Below are positions 40,685 to 60,268 of a stretch of DNA of 64,000 nt, piece by piece. The translations under genes were made by a program, and so were the position numbers. The first letter of the stretch is position 1. Each line of letters starts with the position of its first letter. The notes under the pieces were generated by a model. That model saw only the letters and a list, made by a program, of their open reading frames with translations. It was not told where the DNA came from and did no database searches. This DNA is from Escherichia coli (GTDB lineage Bacteria; Pseudomonadota; Gammaproteobacteria; Enterobacterales; Enterobacteriaceae): NCBI RefSeq assembly GCF_003991155.1, contig NZ_CP031293.1; one strand, 5' to 3'.

Positions 40685-41400
40685 TTAAAATCCAAAATTG
40701 ATTGCATCAGGATATTGCCATAACTCTTTATATTCTTGTAATGGTAAACCGTCTGAGCCAGTAAAGGCATCATAAACCCGACCATCTTTTACTACAACGT
40801 CGTGATATGCCCAACCGGGATTCGTGCCTCTGTATTTACCTAATGAAGGAGCTCCGAAATCAGGTCTAATTCTTGCAATATCACCACCGATTTTCTTTTG
40901 TACCCACAATGCAAAATCTTCACAACCATTCCAGTTCTCAGAATTTTTAATATCCGCAGCCTTCCATACACAATCAGCGTTAAGGCCTAATGGATCAATC
41001 CAATTTAACGGATCTTTGACGTAACTGTATGGATTAATACCTCCCAACACCCCGGTTGGATCTGCCGAAATATACTGCGCAGTATCAGGATCATAGTACC
41101 GGAACCGGTTATAGTACAGTCCTGATTCGGCATCTTCATACTGCCCCGGAAAACGCAGGCGGCAGTCAGGTGCATCATCCCTGTTCCTGCCTTCTTCCCG
41201 GCCCCAGAGCTGTTGTTTTCCCCGCCAGACAATGGTGCCGCCCTCGGTCAGCAGTTCCTGGACACGGCCGACCGTATCCGTCACCGCGTAATGCAACAAG
41301 CCTTTCTCATAACGCGCCAGCGGTGTAAAACTTCCCGGTTCGTATATCCAGCGGATGGCGTTTTCATCATCTGGCTTGCCGTCCTGGCTGACCGGAATTT
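40685..41400 (-). CDS. Orphan rhs C-terminal cassette with Cys/His/Asp-containing toxin tip
   Basis: ORF 40685..41299, rhs-core similarity extends to ~41400; DPLGL motif then a unique ~95 aa C-terminus. Confidence 0.7.
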
Positions 41401-41442
41401 CTTGGTTAGATGACCGTCAGTTAAATGGATATTATCATTCCA

Positions 41443-41784
41443 TTAAAAATCGGAATGATCCATATATTCTATATGCTCATCAGAAAGTCCATCTGGATAT
41501 AACTCTCTTGGATAATCACTATCTAAAATTGCTAGGAAGTTATTTATAGTATTTTCCAATGCCTCATCTACTGTTTTTCCCCAGCCAATAGCACCTTCGG
41601 GACAATCATCAAATTTCCGTTTAATCATTACATTTGTAATCCCCATGTAACTCCCATCCTGAGACTCTCGTATTTTTATTTTTACTTTTGCGCTAGGGAT
41701 AACACCAAACATCCAAATTACAAACTCGGCTTCAACTTTCTCTACTTTAGATACACTGCGTATTTTCATTTGATGCCAGCCCAT
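41443..41784 (-). CDS. Putative immunity protein for Rhs2 toxin
   Basis: ATG start MGWHQMKIRSV at 41784 with AGAGGA RBS, 11 nt after the Rhs2 stop. Confidence 0.5.
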   Translation of the reverse strand: MGWHQMKIRSVSKVEKVEAEFVIWMFGVIPSAKVKIKIRESQDGSYMGITNVMIKRKFDDCPEGAIGWGKTVDEALENTINNFLAILDSDYPRELYPDGLSDEHIEYMDHSDF

Positions 41785-41794
41785 ATCTTTTCCT

Positions 41795-44700
41795 CTATAA
41801 ACGACCAAAAGAGACAATTTCCCCTGTATCTACCGCAACATCAATATATCTTCCGTTCTTTCTATATCTCCACACATTTTCAGTATAACCAGAAACTTTG
41901 GTTGGTTTTATTCTTCTCAAGTTCTCAGAAAAAACCTTAGCTTTATTTAGATATTGCTCTACCGTTTCTGCACCAACTTCACGACCATGTTTTCTGAAGT
42001 GCTCCAGTAATGACTCTGCCGGAGTATCCCAACTTCCTTTACTCCATAGTTTTTTACAATTTACTTCTTGCAGGAATGCAAATAATGCCGATAAACCTAA
42101 AGGGTCAATATAACTAAATGGGTTCTGTACATATGAATATGGATTTAATCCCCCAAGTAACCCAATGGGATCTGCCGAAATATACTGCGCCGTATCAGGA
42201 TCATAGTACCTGAACCGGTTATAGTACAGTCCTGATTCCGTATCTTCGTACTGCCCCGGAAAACGCAGGCGGCAGTCAGGCGCATCATCCTTGTTTCTGC
42301 CTTCTTCCCGGCCCCAAAGTTGCTGTTTTCCCCGCCAGACAATCGTGCCGTCTTCGGTCAGCAACTCCTGGACACGACCGACCGTATCCGTCACCGCGTA
42401 ATGCAGCAAGCCTTTCTCATAACGTGCCAGCGGTGTAAAACTTCCCGGTTCATATATCCAGCGAATGGCATTTTCATATTCTGGTTTGCCATCAGTACCA
42501 ACAGGAATTTCTTCGGTTAACTGATCGCCATTCCAGTGGAAATCCATTCCGGACTTATCACGGTTGGTACACCGTTTGCTGATGCGCCTGCCAAACGGGT
42601 CGTATTTATACTCCCAGCGTTCCCCCTCCGGCGTTTCAAGCCCGGTAAGCTGACTTCTGGCATCCCAGCGATAGCGCCATTCGAGCGGACGATAGCCGCC
42701 TTTATCGACCAGTTTCTCCACCAGGCGACCATTAGCATCGTACGTCCAGGTAATATTGTGCTCATTCACCACCCGGACAAATTTTCCCTCTTCCGGCTTT
42801 CCTGTGTCCGGGTTGATGCGGTGTGTCTGATGCCGCCAGCCTTTGTGCTCTCTGGAAACAACTCTTCCATGCCGCAACTGCTGGTGTGTCTCGCTTTCCA
42901 GCACCTCATTTACCCATGTCTGGCGGCGGGCAATATTCAGGTTTTTGTCATAAGTGAACAGTTCCTCACACAGCGGAAACTCCCGGGAATCGCCCGTCCA
43001 GGTGGCATGGCTTACCTGGTCGTTAACCGTCATATTGTTGAAGGCTGATCCCCGCAGCGAGTCTGATATTACCGTCAGGTTGTACGCCTTGTCATACAGC
43101 CACTGGCGCTCCAGGCTTTTGTTCCGTTCGTACGGCCCGGCCTGGTGGTCCCCGGCATTCTGCTTCGCTGGCATCCCTGTGCGCGTGTATGCCAGCGTCT
43201 GGTAAAACCCGGCCTCGCTCCGCCTGGACGTTTCCAGGCCGCGCAGGTCGTGCTCAAATGTCAGCGGGGCATGGTCCGCTATCTGCCAGGATGCCAGATG
43301 CCCCATCAGGTTTCGGGTAAAGCGTTCTGTGATACCTGCTGTGGTGCGCTGTGTGACCGTATCCAGGTCAGGGTCGTAACGGTATTCTGTGCGCCTGCCG
43401 TTCAGCGTTTCGGCAACAATCTGGTTTGCATCGTTATATTCAAATGTAACGGTGGCATCGTCATTCTTCGCTTCCACCAGACGACGCTGCGTGTCGTAAC
43501 GAAATGTGGTGACACTCAGAGTTCGGTCACTGTTGCCCTGTGTGACTTCCTCGTCCGTCACCTGGTCATTCACGTTGTAGCGGCGGTTAAGGTGAGTGCC
43601 GTCCGGGAAGCTGGTGCGAATACAACGCCCGACGGCATCGTAGGTGTAGTTCAGCGTGCGTCCGGTGAAGTCTGTTTCTGCTACAAGCTGCCCGGCTTTA
43701 TCATATTTAAGACGGTAGCGCTCGCCTTCGGCGTTGGTAATTTCGGTCAGGCGGGTCAGTTTATCGTAGCGACACGCCAGCCGCTCGCCGTCAGGACGCA
43801 CCAGAGCCGTGAGCAGATCGAATGCACCGTATTCGTAACGGGTGGTTTTGCCCTCGCCATCGGTAAAGCTTTCCGGTAGCTTTTCGCTGTTCTGGCGCAT
43901 CAGTTCCCGCACGCCGTCCGGGCGCTGGATTTCTTCCACGCAGCCCTGTGGCCCGGCGTGGATTTTGCTGTGACGAAACTGCGTGGTGAAGCCAAGTGGG
44001 TCTTTCACACTTAACAGTCGGCCCAGCATATCCTGTTCGGTCTGCGTGATGCCGCCGTCTGGCGCAACAGTCTCGCGCACCTGATGCAGGGCGTCATGAC
44101 TCCAGCACCAGGTGGCCCCGCCCGGCAGAATCCGTGCAAGCAAATCACCCTGTTCACTGTAGCTGAACTGCTGTTTCCGGCCCTGAGGGTCGATCAGGCT
44201 GATTATGCTGCCCCGATCATCATAGACCCATTGCCACGCCTGATTATCAGTTGTCGACAGCCGGGTTAACTGACCGGTATCATTATACTCGTAGAACAGG
44301 CCATAGCCGCCCGGCAGGGCAACCTGGATAACCTCACCTTCCCGGTTATAGCGGTACGCCGTGGTACGCCCCAGCGCATCGGTGCGTGACTGAAGCCGGG
44401 CATTATTCCAGACGGTAATTTCTTCCCGCCCCAGCGGATCGATACAGCGGGTGACCAGGCCGTCCTCGTTATACCAGTAACGGGTTTCGCCCCCTTCTGC
44501 ATCCAGGTAGGTGGTGCATTTTTCATCATCGTTATAGATAAAGCGGTCATCGAAGTAGCCTTCCGTTGACAGTGTGCTGACAGCGCGCCCCTGCGGATCA
44601 TAGCGGATATCCACACAGGTTTTGTCCGTATCCCGCCAGCGGGTCATAAAGCCTTCTGATGTGTACTCATGCCATAAATGCGAGAACTGGAAGGTATCGC

Positions 44701-45985
44701 ATTCTGCCATAAAACCATTGTCATCATACTGGCAGGTCACAAGACGCTGACGCTGCGGCGTTGCCAGGTCAATGCTCATCAGCTGAGCCTGTTGCCAGGC
44801 AAGGGCGAGCATATAGCCATCGCTGTGACGGATTTCTGTCAGCAGACCATCAGTGCGGATAAAATCAATCCGGTTGCCATAATTATCGAAGACAGCGGAC
44901 AACCGCCAGACGCCATTGCCTGCCGGGGAAAAGAGCTGTGTCTGCTGCGAACGGCGATCGAAAACGCTCACGCCATCGCGCAGGCTTCCCGTCAGCCGGT
45001 AGTACGCCTGGCGTGAGTTCACTGCACCGCGAAAGATACCGTCCTGCGGCAGGCGGTAATACAGTACAACGCCTTCACTGTCGGTAAAATGCAGCCGGTT
45101 ACCCTGTATCGTCAGCGACGCTGACCACTCATCGGTCCATTTCGGGCCGAAAATCCCGGTCCCCCTGGCCTGTGAGCGGTAAAAACGCGAGAGCGTCAGC
45201 GGCAGGGAACCCGGCAGCGAAAGCACGCTGAAATGCTGGAGAAAATCGCCGGTGCCAATATCCACAGGCTCACCGGGTTTGGTGCACAACTGAGCACCAA
45301 CACATTTACTCTGATCACCAGTTCCCTCGGTTTCACCTTTAATATTTGCGCCATCCTGGCCTTCGGGTATGACATCATCCGCCAACTTTTCTGCGTCACT
45401 GACAACATCGTCTGCTTTGTTTACCTTCAGCAGATCGGCGGTGAATTTCCCCGCCGCTGCTTCTTCTCGTGCCAGTTTACTGGCAGTCCGCATCGCTCTA
45501 AGACCCACGAACCCGCCTCGGGCCAGACCATATCCTCCCAGCGCCAGCGAGCCATGGTCATAAATCATGCCGCCAATTTCCTGGTTCCTGTTGCTCATTT
45601 CCAGACGGTACATGTCCAGATTGAAATCTCCCGCATGCTCCCGGAGATCTCCGCCCATGTTGTACATATCCTCGCCAATATCATCCATGCCCATCGCAGA
45701 AAGCATGGCGCCGTTCATCTGCATTTCTCCGGCATACTGCATGGTGGCCCCCTGGCCTATCATCGTCGCCATATCCGGGAACTGGTTCCAGAATGCTTTG
45801 GCAGCACCAATAGCCAAATCAAGCTGGACTGCCGAAGCTTCAATTTTCGCCCGACTTTCATCCATCTGGATCATCAACATCATGTCCCAGATACTTTGCT
45901 CTTCTTTTGTTTCTGGCTCTGGCGCAGGGTCAGCTTCGCTGGCGGAAATAGCGGCTTCAGGGGGCTGACCGATAATTAAACCCGT
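41795..45985 (-). CDS. rhs: Rhs repeat effector 2, 5'-truncated by the IS3-family element
   Basis: ORF 41795..45883; frame stays open upstream to the IS end (~45985) and encodes ...GLIIGQPPEAAISASEADPAPEPETKEE, matching the linker after the PAAR domain of Rhs1; YD repeats; DPIGLLGGLNPYSYVQNPFSYIDPLGL then a unique C-terminus. Confidence 0.85.
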   Translation of the reverse strand, partial: TGLIIGQPPEAAISASEADPAPEPETKEEQSIWDMMLMIQMDESRAKIEASAVQLDLAIGAAKAFWNQFPDMATMIGQGATMQYAGEMQMNGAMLSAMGMDDIGEDMYNMGGDLREHAGDFNLDMYRLEMSNRNQEIGGMIYDHGSLALGGYGLARGGFVGLRAMRTASKLAREEAAAGKFTADLLKVNKADDVVSDAEKLADDVIPEGQDGANIKGETEGTGDQSKCVGAQLCTKPGEPVDIGTGDFLQHFSVLSLPGSLPLTLSRFYRSQARGTGIFGPKWTDEWSASLTIQGNRLHFTDSEGVVLYYRLPQDGIFRGAVNSRQAYYRLTGSLRDGVSVFDRRSQQTQLFSPAGNGVWRLSAVFDNYGNRIDFIRTDGLLTEIRHSDGYMLALAWQQAQLMSIDLATPQRQRLVTCQYDDNGFMAECDTFQFSHLWHEYTSEGFMTRWRDTDKTCVDIRYDPQGRAVSTLSTEGYFDDRFIYNDDEKCTTYLDAEGGETRYWYNEDGLVTRCIDPLGREEITVWNNARLQSRTDALGRTTAYRYNREGEVIQVALPGGYGLFYEYNDTGQLTRLSTTDNQAWQWVYDDRGSIISLIDPQGRKQQFSYSEQGDLLARILPGGATWCWSHDALHQVRETVAPDGGITQTEQDMLGRLLSVKDPLGFTTQFRHSKIHAGPQGCVEEIQRPDGVRELMRQNSEKLPESFTDGEGKTTRYEYGAFDLLTALVRPDGERLACRYDKLTRLTEITNAEGERYRLKYDKAGQLVAETDFTGRTLNYTYDAVGRCIRTSFPDGTHLNRRYNVNDQVTDEEVTQGNSDRTLSVTTFRYDTQRRLVEAKNDDATVTFEYNDANQIVAETLNGRRTEYRYDPDLDTVTQRTTAGITERFTRNLMGHLASWQIADHAPLTFEHDLRGLETSRRSEAGFYQTLAYTRTGMPAKQNAGDHQAGPYERNKSLERQWLYDKAYNLTVISDSLRGSAFNNMTVNDQVSHATWTGDSREFPLCEELFTYDKNLNIARRQTWVNEVLESETHQQLRHGRVVSREHKGWRHQTHRINPDTGKPEEGKFVRVVNEHNITWTYDANGRLVEKLVDKGGYRPLEWRYRWDARSQLTGLETPEGERWEYKYDPFGRRISKRCTNRDKSGMDFHWNGDQLTEEIPVGTDGKPEYENAIRWIYEPGSFTPLARYEKGLLHYAVTDTVGRVQELLTEDGTIVWRGKQQLWGREEGRNKDDAPDCRLRFPGQYEDTESGLYYNRFRYYDPDTAQYISADPIGLLGGLNPYSYVQNPFSYIDPLGLSALFAFLQEVNCKKLWSKGSWDTPAESLLEHFRKHGREVGAETVEQYLNKAKVFSENLRRIKPTKVSGYTENVWRYRKNGRYIDVAVDTGEIVSFGRL

Positions 45986-45992
45986 CGTATTA

Positions 45993-47244
<1,252 letters not shown>

Positions 47245-47493
47245 CCACTACACATAGCAAGGGGAAAAGGTGGATGGGAGCCAACTAAGTTACAAAATTT
47301 TGATCCTGAATTTGGCAGAAAACTACAAGCAATAAATAACGCGTTAAGGAATGGACGGATAGAATTTGCTCATGCACAGGTTTTTTTACGCAATGATGGC
47401 TCTGTTAATGCTGCAGTAGGCATTGGTAGCGGAATACAGTGGAATACCTGGTAATAATAGTATGTGTATATAACGAATAAAGGAGTCCATTTT

Positions 47494-48426
47494 ATGGCAG
47501 CAAGCAAAACAAAAAACAGACTGGAAAAAATGCTTCCTCGCGTTTATAGCTGGGCACAGAGCGGCAGCCAATCAGTAACCGCCCCTGAGTTTAACTATAT
47601 GGAACAATATATTAATGGTCAATCTGAACTTTTCATGGCATTAATTCATTTATATGGACTTGGCATGAGTGAAGCTGCATTAAGCTTACTGGAAGCCAAA
47701 CAGTCTATGGCTTCTTCTGTTATCCATATGAGTTATGGATTCTCTCGAATGCTTCATTCTGATGGCATTAATATATTGAGTTTAAAAGAAAGCAAGGCAA
47801 CTATTACTTCAGGCTTGGATTTCGTCACACATAGTATGCTTGGAGCAATTGCGCTGGGTATGCCCGCTCTGACGAAAAAATTTCACCAGATTGTTTTTAC
47901 TGCTCTTGAGAAAGGGTATGGCATTGTAAATGCGCATGAAGATCCTGGCCCAGAAACTTTACGCTATGCTGCTATGGGACTTTCCATCATTAATGACTGG
48001 CTACAGATCCCCCTGGATTTAGATAAGCTGGGACTGCCACGCGATCCGGCCTGGGGGCTTCTGGTCAAACACTGGAATAACCCTGATCCCGTTAAATTAC
48101 AATCGGTTCTGTATGATGCCTGTGATATCCATATAGAACGTATCGCGTTAACAGAACGTGAAGTTTATACCGGTAACTTTGAATTTGGCTCTCCGTTTGA
48201 AGCCGTTCACCCAACAGAGATTCTGGCGGTATTGCGCCTGAGAGACATGCTGAATCTGCCCAATCCGACATTAGACCATCCGCTGATGAACACACCTTAT
48301 GCCCAAATCACCACCACTCCGGGCCAGGTCACTCAGCCGGACAGTCTGCTAGAAACCTTTCTGGCTAAGGCCCGTGAACGGGATCCAGAGGTCATGGCCG
48401 AATGGGATCGGGTTCAGGTGGATTAA
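47494..48426 (+). CDS. Hypothetical protein (possible immunity or adaptor)
   Basis: ORF 47464..48426; probable start MAASKTKNRLEK at 47494 with AAAGGAG RBS; no family recognised. Confidence 0.5.
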   Translation: MAASKTKNRLEKMLPRVYSWAQSGSQSVTAPEFNYMEQYINGQSELFMALIHLYGLGMSEAALSLLEAKQSMASSVIHMSYGFSRMLHSDGINILSLKESKATITSGLDFVTHSMLGAIALGMPALTKKFHQIVFTALEKGYGIVNAHEDPGPETLRYAAMGLSIINDWLQIPLDLDKLGLPRDPAWGLLVKHWNNPDPVKLQSVLYDACDIHIERIALTEREVYTGNFEFGSPFEAVHPTEILAVLRLRDMLNLPNPTLDHPLMNTPYAQITTTPGQVTQPDSLLETFLAKARERDPEVMAEWDRVQVD

Positions 48427-48453
48427 TTTGGTACTGGATACAAAGGATAGATA

Positions 48454-48717
48454 ATGAAACCATTAATAACGCTTGGGGATAAAACATCTCATGGTGGTGT
48501 TGTAATTAGTGCCAGTGCAAATTTTTTGCATGAGGGACAGCCTGTCGCCTGTGATGGTGACCAGGTAACTTGTCCGATAGAAGGCCATGGGCCAGCAAAA
48601 ATCATAGCATCTGGACAGGGGTTTTCTATAAATGGGAAACAGGCTGCACATGATGGCGATAAAACAACCTGTGGGGCAACGCTGATAGCCAGTCATTTTA
48701 TTGTGCGTCATAAGTAA
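48454..48717 (+). CDS. Stand-alone PAAR-domain protein
   Basis: 87 aa with three PAAR-like motifs (LGDKTSHGG; CDGDQVTC; HDGDKTTCG). Confidence 0.8.
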   Translation: MKPLITLGDKTSHGGVVISASANFLHEGQPVACDGDQVTCPIEGHGPAKIIASGQGFSINGKQAAHDGDKTTCGATLIASHFIVRHK

Positions 48718-48836
48718 CTAATACCAAAATAACTCTATGATTAAAAAGGCTGATATATATGCTGGAAGTAGACAGACTACCGGAAACAGTACGACGGTGA
48801 CAGGGTGAACCAAAGGGTTAGGCGCATTTTAAAAAG

Positions 48837-48930
48837 GTGGTCATTCTGGTGGTCTTGACAAACTCGATTTTTTGTTTTAGCTTATCAATCAGCCTGTTAA
48901 AGGCTAAGGCGATCCCAGTCAGAGGAGCAA
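48837..48930 (+). repeat. Island-end repeat copy 2 with tRNA-Asn 3'-end 14-mer (probable attR of the asnV island)
   Basis: Near-identical to 35583..35676; ends CCAGTCAGAGGAGC (one mismatch to the tRNA 3' end after that). Confidence 0.8.
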
Positions 48931-49243
48931 AATTCTAAAAATTCGCTTTTTTAGCGCAATATCACTGACCTTAGTTGAGCATTGCTTTTTAATGGATAGC
49001 GGGTTTTTGACATCTTAAGCGCCCTCGACCTTTATGGTTGAGGGCGTTTTGCTATGAACGCCATCACCATTTTCCCCTCGATTATAAAACTTGAGTAATT
49101 CAGTAGTCTCCCCTCTTGCAACTCACACCCAAAACTGCTTAACGAAAAGTTATTAATTTTCAATCATATTGCTATCAGGATTTATATTTTTTCGCTGTGC
49201 TAGAAAGGGCGCATTTATGTTAGCTCGTTCAGGGAAGGTAAGC

Positions 49244-57223
<7,980 letters not shown>

Positions 57224-57244
57224 TTTTCCGCTATAATTTCTTAA

Positions 57245-57273
57245 AGAGTGCTCCATTCGGGGCACTCTTTTTT
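57245..57273 (+). terminator. Rho-independent terminator after yeeJ
   Basis: AGAGTGCTCC-ATTC-GGGGCACTCT followed by TTTTT. Confidence 0.7.
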
Positions 57274-57483
57274 ACATTCCCTCTACAGAACTTGCCCTTC
57301 TCTCACAGAAAATGAATAAATAAAAATGCGATACCGCCAGATTCGCGTTCGGTGTGACTATGGTTGTATCCGGTGAGTACAGCTTTGATCCAAAGGCTGG
57401 CTTCTGTGATGATTAACCAGCCTCAGGGTATTGATGACACCACCGTTCATAACAGATCGGCATTACTTTGCATACGTACTGCT

Positions 57484-58536
57484 TCATATTCTCGCCAAAA
57501 CACTTTTTAATGCCTTTGCGAATTCATCCAGACTTATATTGTCAATTTTTTGCCCAACGACGACTGACTCCGAAACATCGGCCATTGCTGGCCATCGCGT
57601 TTTGTAATCAGCATAAATTGCAACAACGGGGGTATTATAGGCACTTGCCATATGTAATATTGAGGTGTCAGGAGTTATTGCGATATAAGCATCTTTTATG
57701 ATTGCTGCTGAACGTTTAATCGAGGGTGATAAGGATAAACGGTAGACATTATTATAACAATCCACTAACACCCTGGCTTTTTCTTCCCCTTTTGGTCCAT
57801 GAACGATCACTATTGGTATATCTGTTTCACTTTGAATTTTTTCTATTATATTTTCTGCAATCGATAATAAAAATGTACGTTCCTGCGAGCTACCTTCTAA
57901 ATTAAGCGCAATGTAAGATCCTAACGATCGCATTTCCTCGCGCACCTCATCGAGTACATCCTTACTTAGTGGCAATTCATATATTGGCCTGACTGCTGGA
58001 AAACCCGCCTCACGCATCATAAATGCCCATGTCATGGGCACAGGAGCCCGGAGATTCTGATCCATCCGGGACGCGCTCTTACACAAAGGGGAATAGCACT
58101 TCATGGTTAAACCAACAACCTGAAAATTCGTTTTTGCTTTCAACTGACTGATAAATATCATCGTTTTCAGGTTCTTTTTACGCATCGCCTCTATACAAAG
58201 ATCCGGCGTACCGTATTGCTGTGTTATGTTCTTCGCTAAATCTTTTATTTCTTTTAATGTTGCGTGATCCTGCATAGTCATTGTGACTAATGTTAATTTA
58301 GTCTGTTCAAGTTTGAGCGCGTTAAAGACTTCTAAATTAATTGTCGACGTAACAATTAAAAGATGCTTAATTTTATGCAATTCAAGCGCCCTAATAACTG
58401 GAAAGATGGCCATAGCATCGCCAATCTGATCGGGAATATGGATAACAACAAACTCTGTTTTTTCAATATTGAAATTAAAAGCTTTATAATCGTAGTAACT
58501 AAATGCAATACGTCTCAACAATGATGCTAAAAACAT
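57484..58536 (-). CDS. yeeL: Glycosyltransferase family 9 (heptosyltransferase-like) protein, YeeL
   Basis: ORF 57484..58599, probable start MFLASLLRRIAF at 58536; uninterrupted. Confidence 0.7.
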   Translation of the reverse strand: MFLASLLRRIAFSYYDYKAFNFNIEKTEFVVIHIPDQIGDAMAIFPVIRALELHKIKHLLIVTSTINLEVFNALKLEQTKLTLVTMTMQDHATLKEIKDLAKNITQQYGTPDLCIEAMRKKNLKTMIFISQLKAKTNFQVVGLTMKCYSPLCKSASRMDQNLRAPVPMTWAFMMREAGFPAVRPIYELPLSKDVLDEVREEMRSLGSYIALNLEGSSQERTFLLSIAENIIEKIQSETDIPIVIVHGPKGEEKARVLVDCYNNVYRLSLSPSIKRSAAIIKDAYIAITPDTSILHMASAYNTPVVAIYADYKTRWPAMADVSESVVVGQKIDNISLDEFAKALKSVLARI

Positions 58537-58850
58537 AACTAACCCCGCTTCCCTACTGGTTATAATGCAATGCAGTTTATCAGACTCATCAGGGCGCAAT
58601 TTTGTGCATATGCGGACTTTTATGTTTCATATCTCGAATCTGTGGATCCTCTGCTTAATCCTTAAACAACACCAGCAACTCCTGCGCTTTCATCTACCAT
58701 CGAATTTTTCATGTTGCCGTTAATCAGCCATAAAATCATTTGCAGATGCGCTCTGTCGAGGTAGTCTCATAAGGTTCGTTTATAGATCGACGGCAATGTG
58801 AGTTACCTTTTCCATACTAATTATAAAAAGACAGTACAAACAGGATCATT

Positions 58851-60167
58851 ATGGACTCCACGCTCATCTCCACTCGTCCCGATGAAGGGACGCTTTCGTT
58901 AAGTCGCGCCCGACGAGCTGCGTTAGGCAGTTTCGCTGGTGCCGTCGTCGACTGGTATGATTTTTTACTCTATGGCATTACCGCCGCACTGGTGTTTAAT
59001 CGCGAGTTTTTCCCGCAAGTAAGCCCGGCTATGGGAACGCTCGCCGCATTTGCCACCTTTGGTGTCGGATTCCTGTTCCGTCCGCTCGGCGGTGTCATTT
59101 TCGGTCACTTTGGCGACCGACTGGGACGTAAGCGCATGTTAATGCTGACCGTCTGGATGATGGGTATCGCGACAGCCTTGATTGGTATTCTTCCTTCATT
59201 CTCGACTATTGGGTGGTGGGCCCCCATTTTACTGGTGACGCTGCGTGCCATTCAGGGATTTGCCGTCGGCGGCGAATGGGGAGGCGCGGCGTTACTTTCC
59301 GTTGAAAGTGCACCGAAAAATAAAAAAGCCTTTTACAGTAGCGGTGTACAAGTTGGCTACGGAGTAGGTTTACTGCTTTCGACAGGACTGGTTTCATTGA
59401 TCAGTATGATGACGACTGACGAACAGTTTTTAAGCTGGGGCTGGCGGATTCCTTTCCTGTTTAGCATCGTACTGGTACTGGGGGCATTGTGGGTGCGTAA
59501 TGGCATGGAGGAGTCCGCGGAATTTGAACAACAGCAACATAATCAAGCGGCCGCGAAAAAACGCATCCCGGTTATCGAAGCACTATTACGACATCCCGGT
59601 GCTTTCCTGAAGATTATTGCGCTACGACTGTGCGAGTTGCTGACGATGTACATCGTTACCGCCTTTGCACTTAATTATTCAACCCAGAATATGGGGTTAC
59701 CGCGCGAACTTTTCCTTAATATTGGTTTGCTGGTCGGTGGATTAAGCTGCCTGACAATTCCCTGTTTTGCCTGGCTTGCCGATCGTTTTGGTCGCCGCAG
59801 GGTTTATATCACAGGCGCGTTGATCGGAACGTTGAGCGCATTTCCTTTCTTTATGGCGCTTGAAGCACAATCTATTTTCTGGATAGTTTTCTTCTCCATA
59901 ATGCTGGCAAACATTGCGCATGACATGGTGGTGTGCGTGCAACAACCGATGTTTACCGAAATGTTTGGTGCCAGTTATCGCTATAGTGGCGCTGGAGTCG
60001 GATATCAGGTTGCCAGTGTGGTTGGCGGTGGATTTACACCTTTTATTGCCGCTGCACTCATCACTTACTTTGCCGGGAACTGGCATAGCGTCGCTATTTA
60101 TTTGCTGGCTGGATGCCTGATTTCCGCAATGACCGCTTTGTTGATGAAAGACAATCAACGCGCTTAA
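58851..60167 (+). CDS. shiA: Shikimate transporter (MFS)
   Basis: 438 aa, 12-TM major facilitator; recognised as ShiA. Confidence 0.9.
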   Translation: MDSTLISTRPDEGTLSLSRARRAALGSFAGAVVDWYDFLLYGITAALVFNREFFPQVSPAMGTLAAFATFGVGFLFRPLGGVIFGHFGDRLGRKRMLMLTVWMMGIATALIGILPSFSTIGWWAPILLVTLRAIQGFAVGGEWGGAALLSVESAPKNKKAFYSSGVQVGYGVGLLLSTGLVSLISMMTTDEQFLSWGWRIPFLFSIVLVLGALWVRNGMEESAEFEQQQHNQAAAKKRIPVIEALLRHPGAFLKIIALRLCELLTMYIVTAFALNYSTQNMGLPRELFLNIGLLVGGLSCLTIPCFAWLADRFGRRRVYITGALIGTLSAFPFFMALEAQSIFWIVFFSIMLANIAHDMVVCVQQPMFTEMFGASYRYSGAGVGYQVASVVGGGFTPFIAAALITYFAGNWHSVAIYLLAGCLISAMTALLMKDNQRA

Positions 60168-60268
60168 TAGCCTGGCGAAGATCATCCGATCTTCGCCTTA
60201 CACTTTTGTTTCACATTCCTGTGACATACTATCGGAAGTGCGGTAATTGTATGGAACAGGAGACACAC

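Noticed and set aside
42536-45979. Plus-strand ORFs of 170-248 aa within Rhs2 (e.g. 43145..43879, 45233..45979)
   Set aside because: Antisense to the Rhs2 frame, which carries YD repeats and the DPxGL motif
47263-47453. 59-codon frame after the IS3 element, considered as a complete small gene
   Set aside because: No start codon or RBS; it begins at the IS boundary, so it is treated as a C-terminal fragment and reported only as a finding
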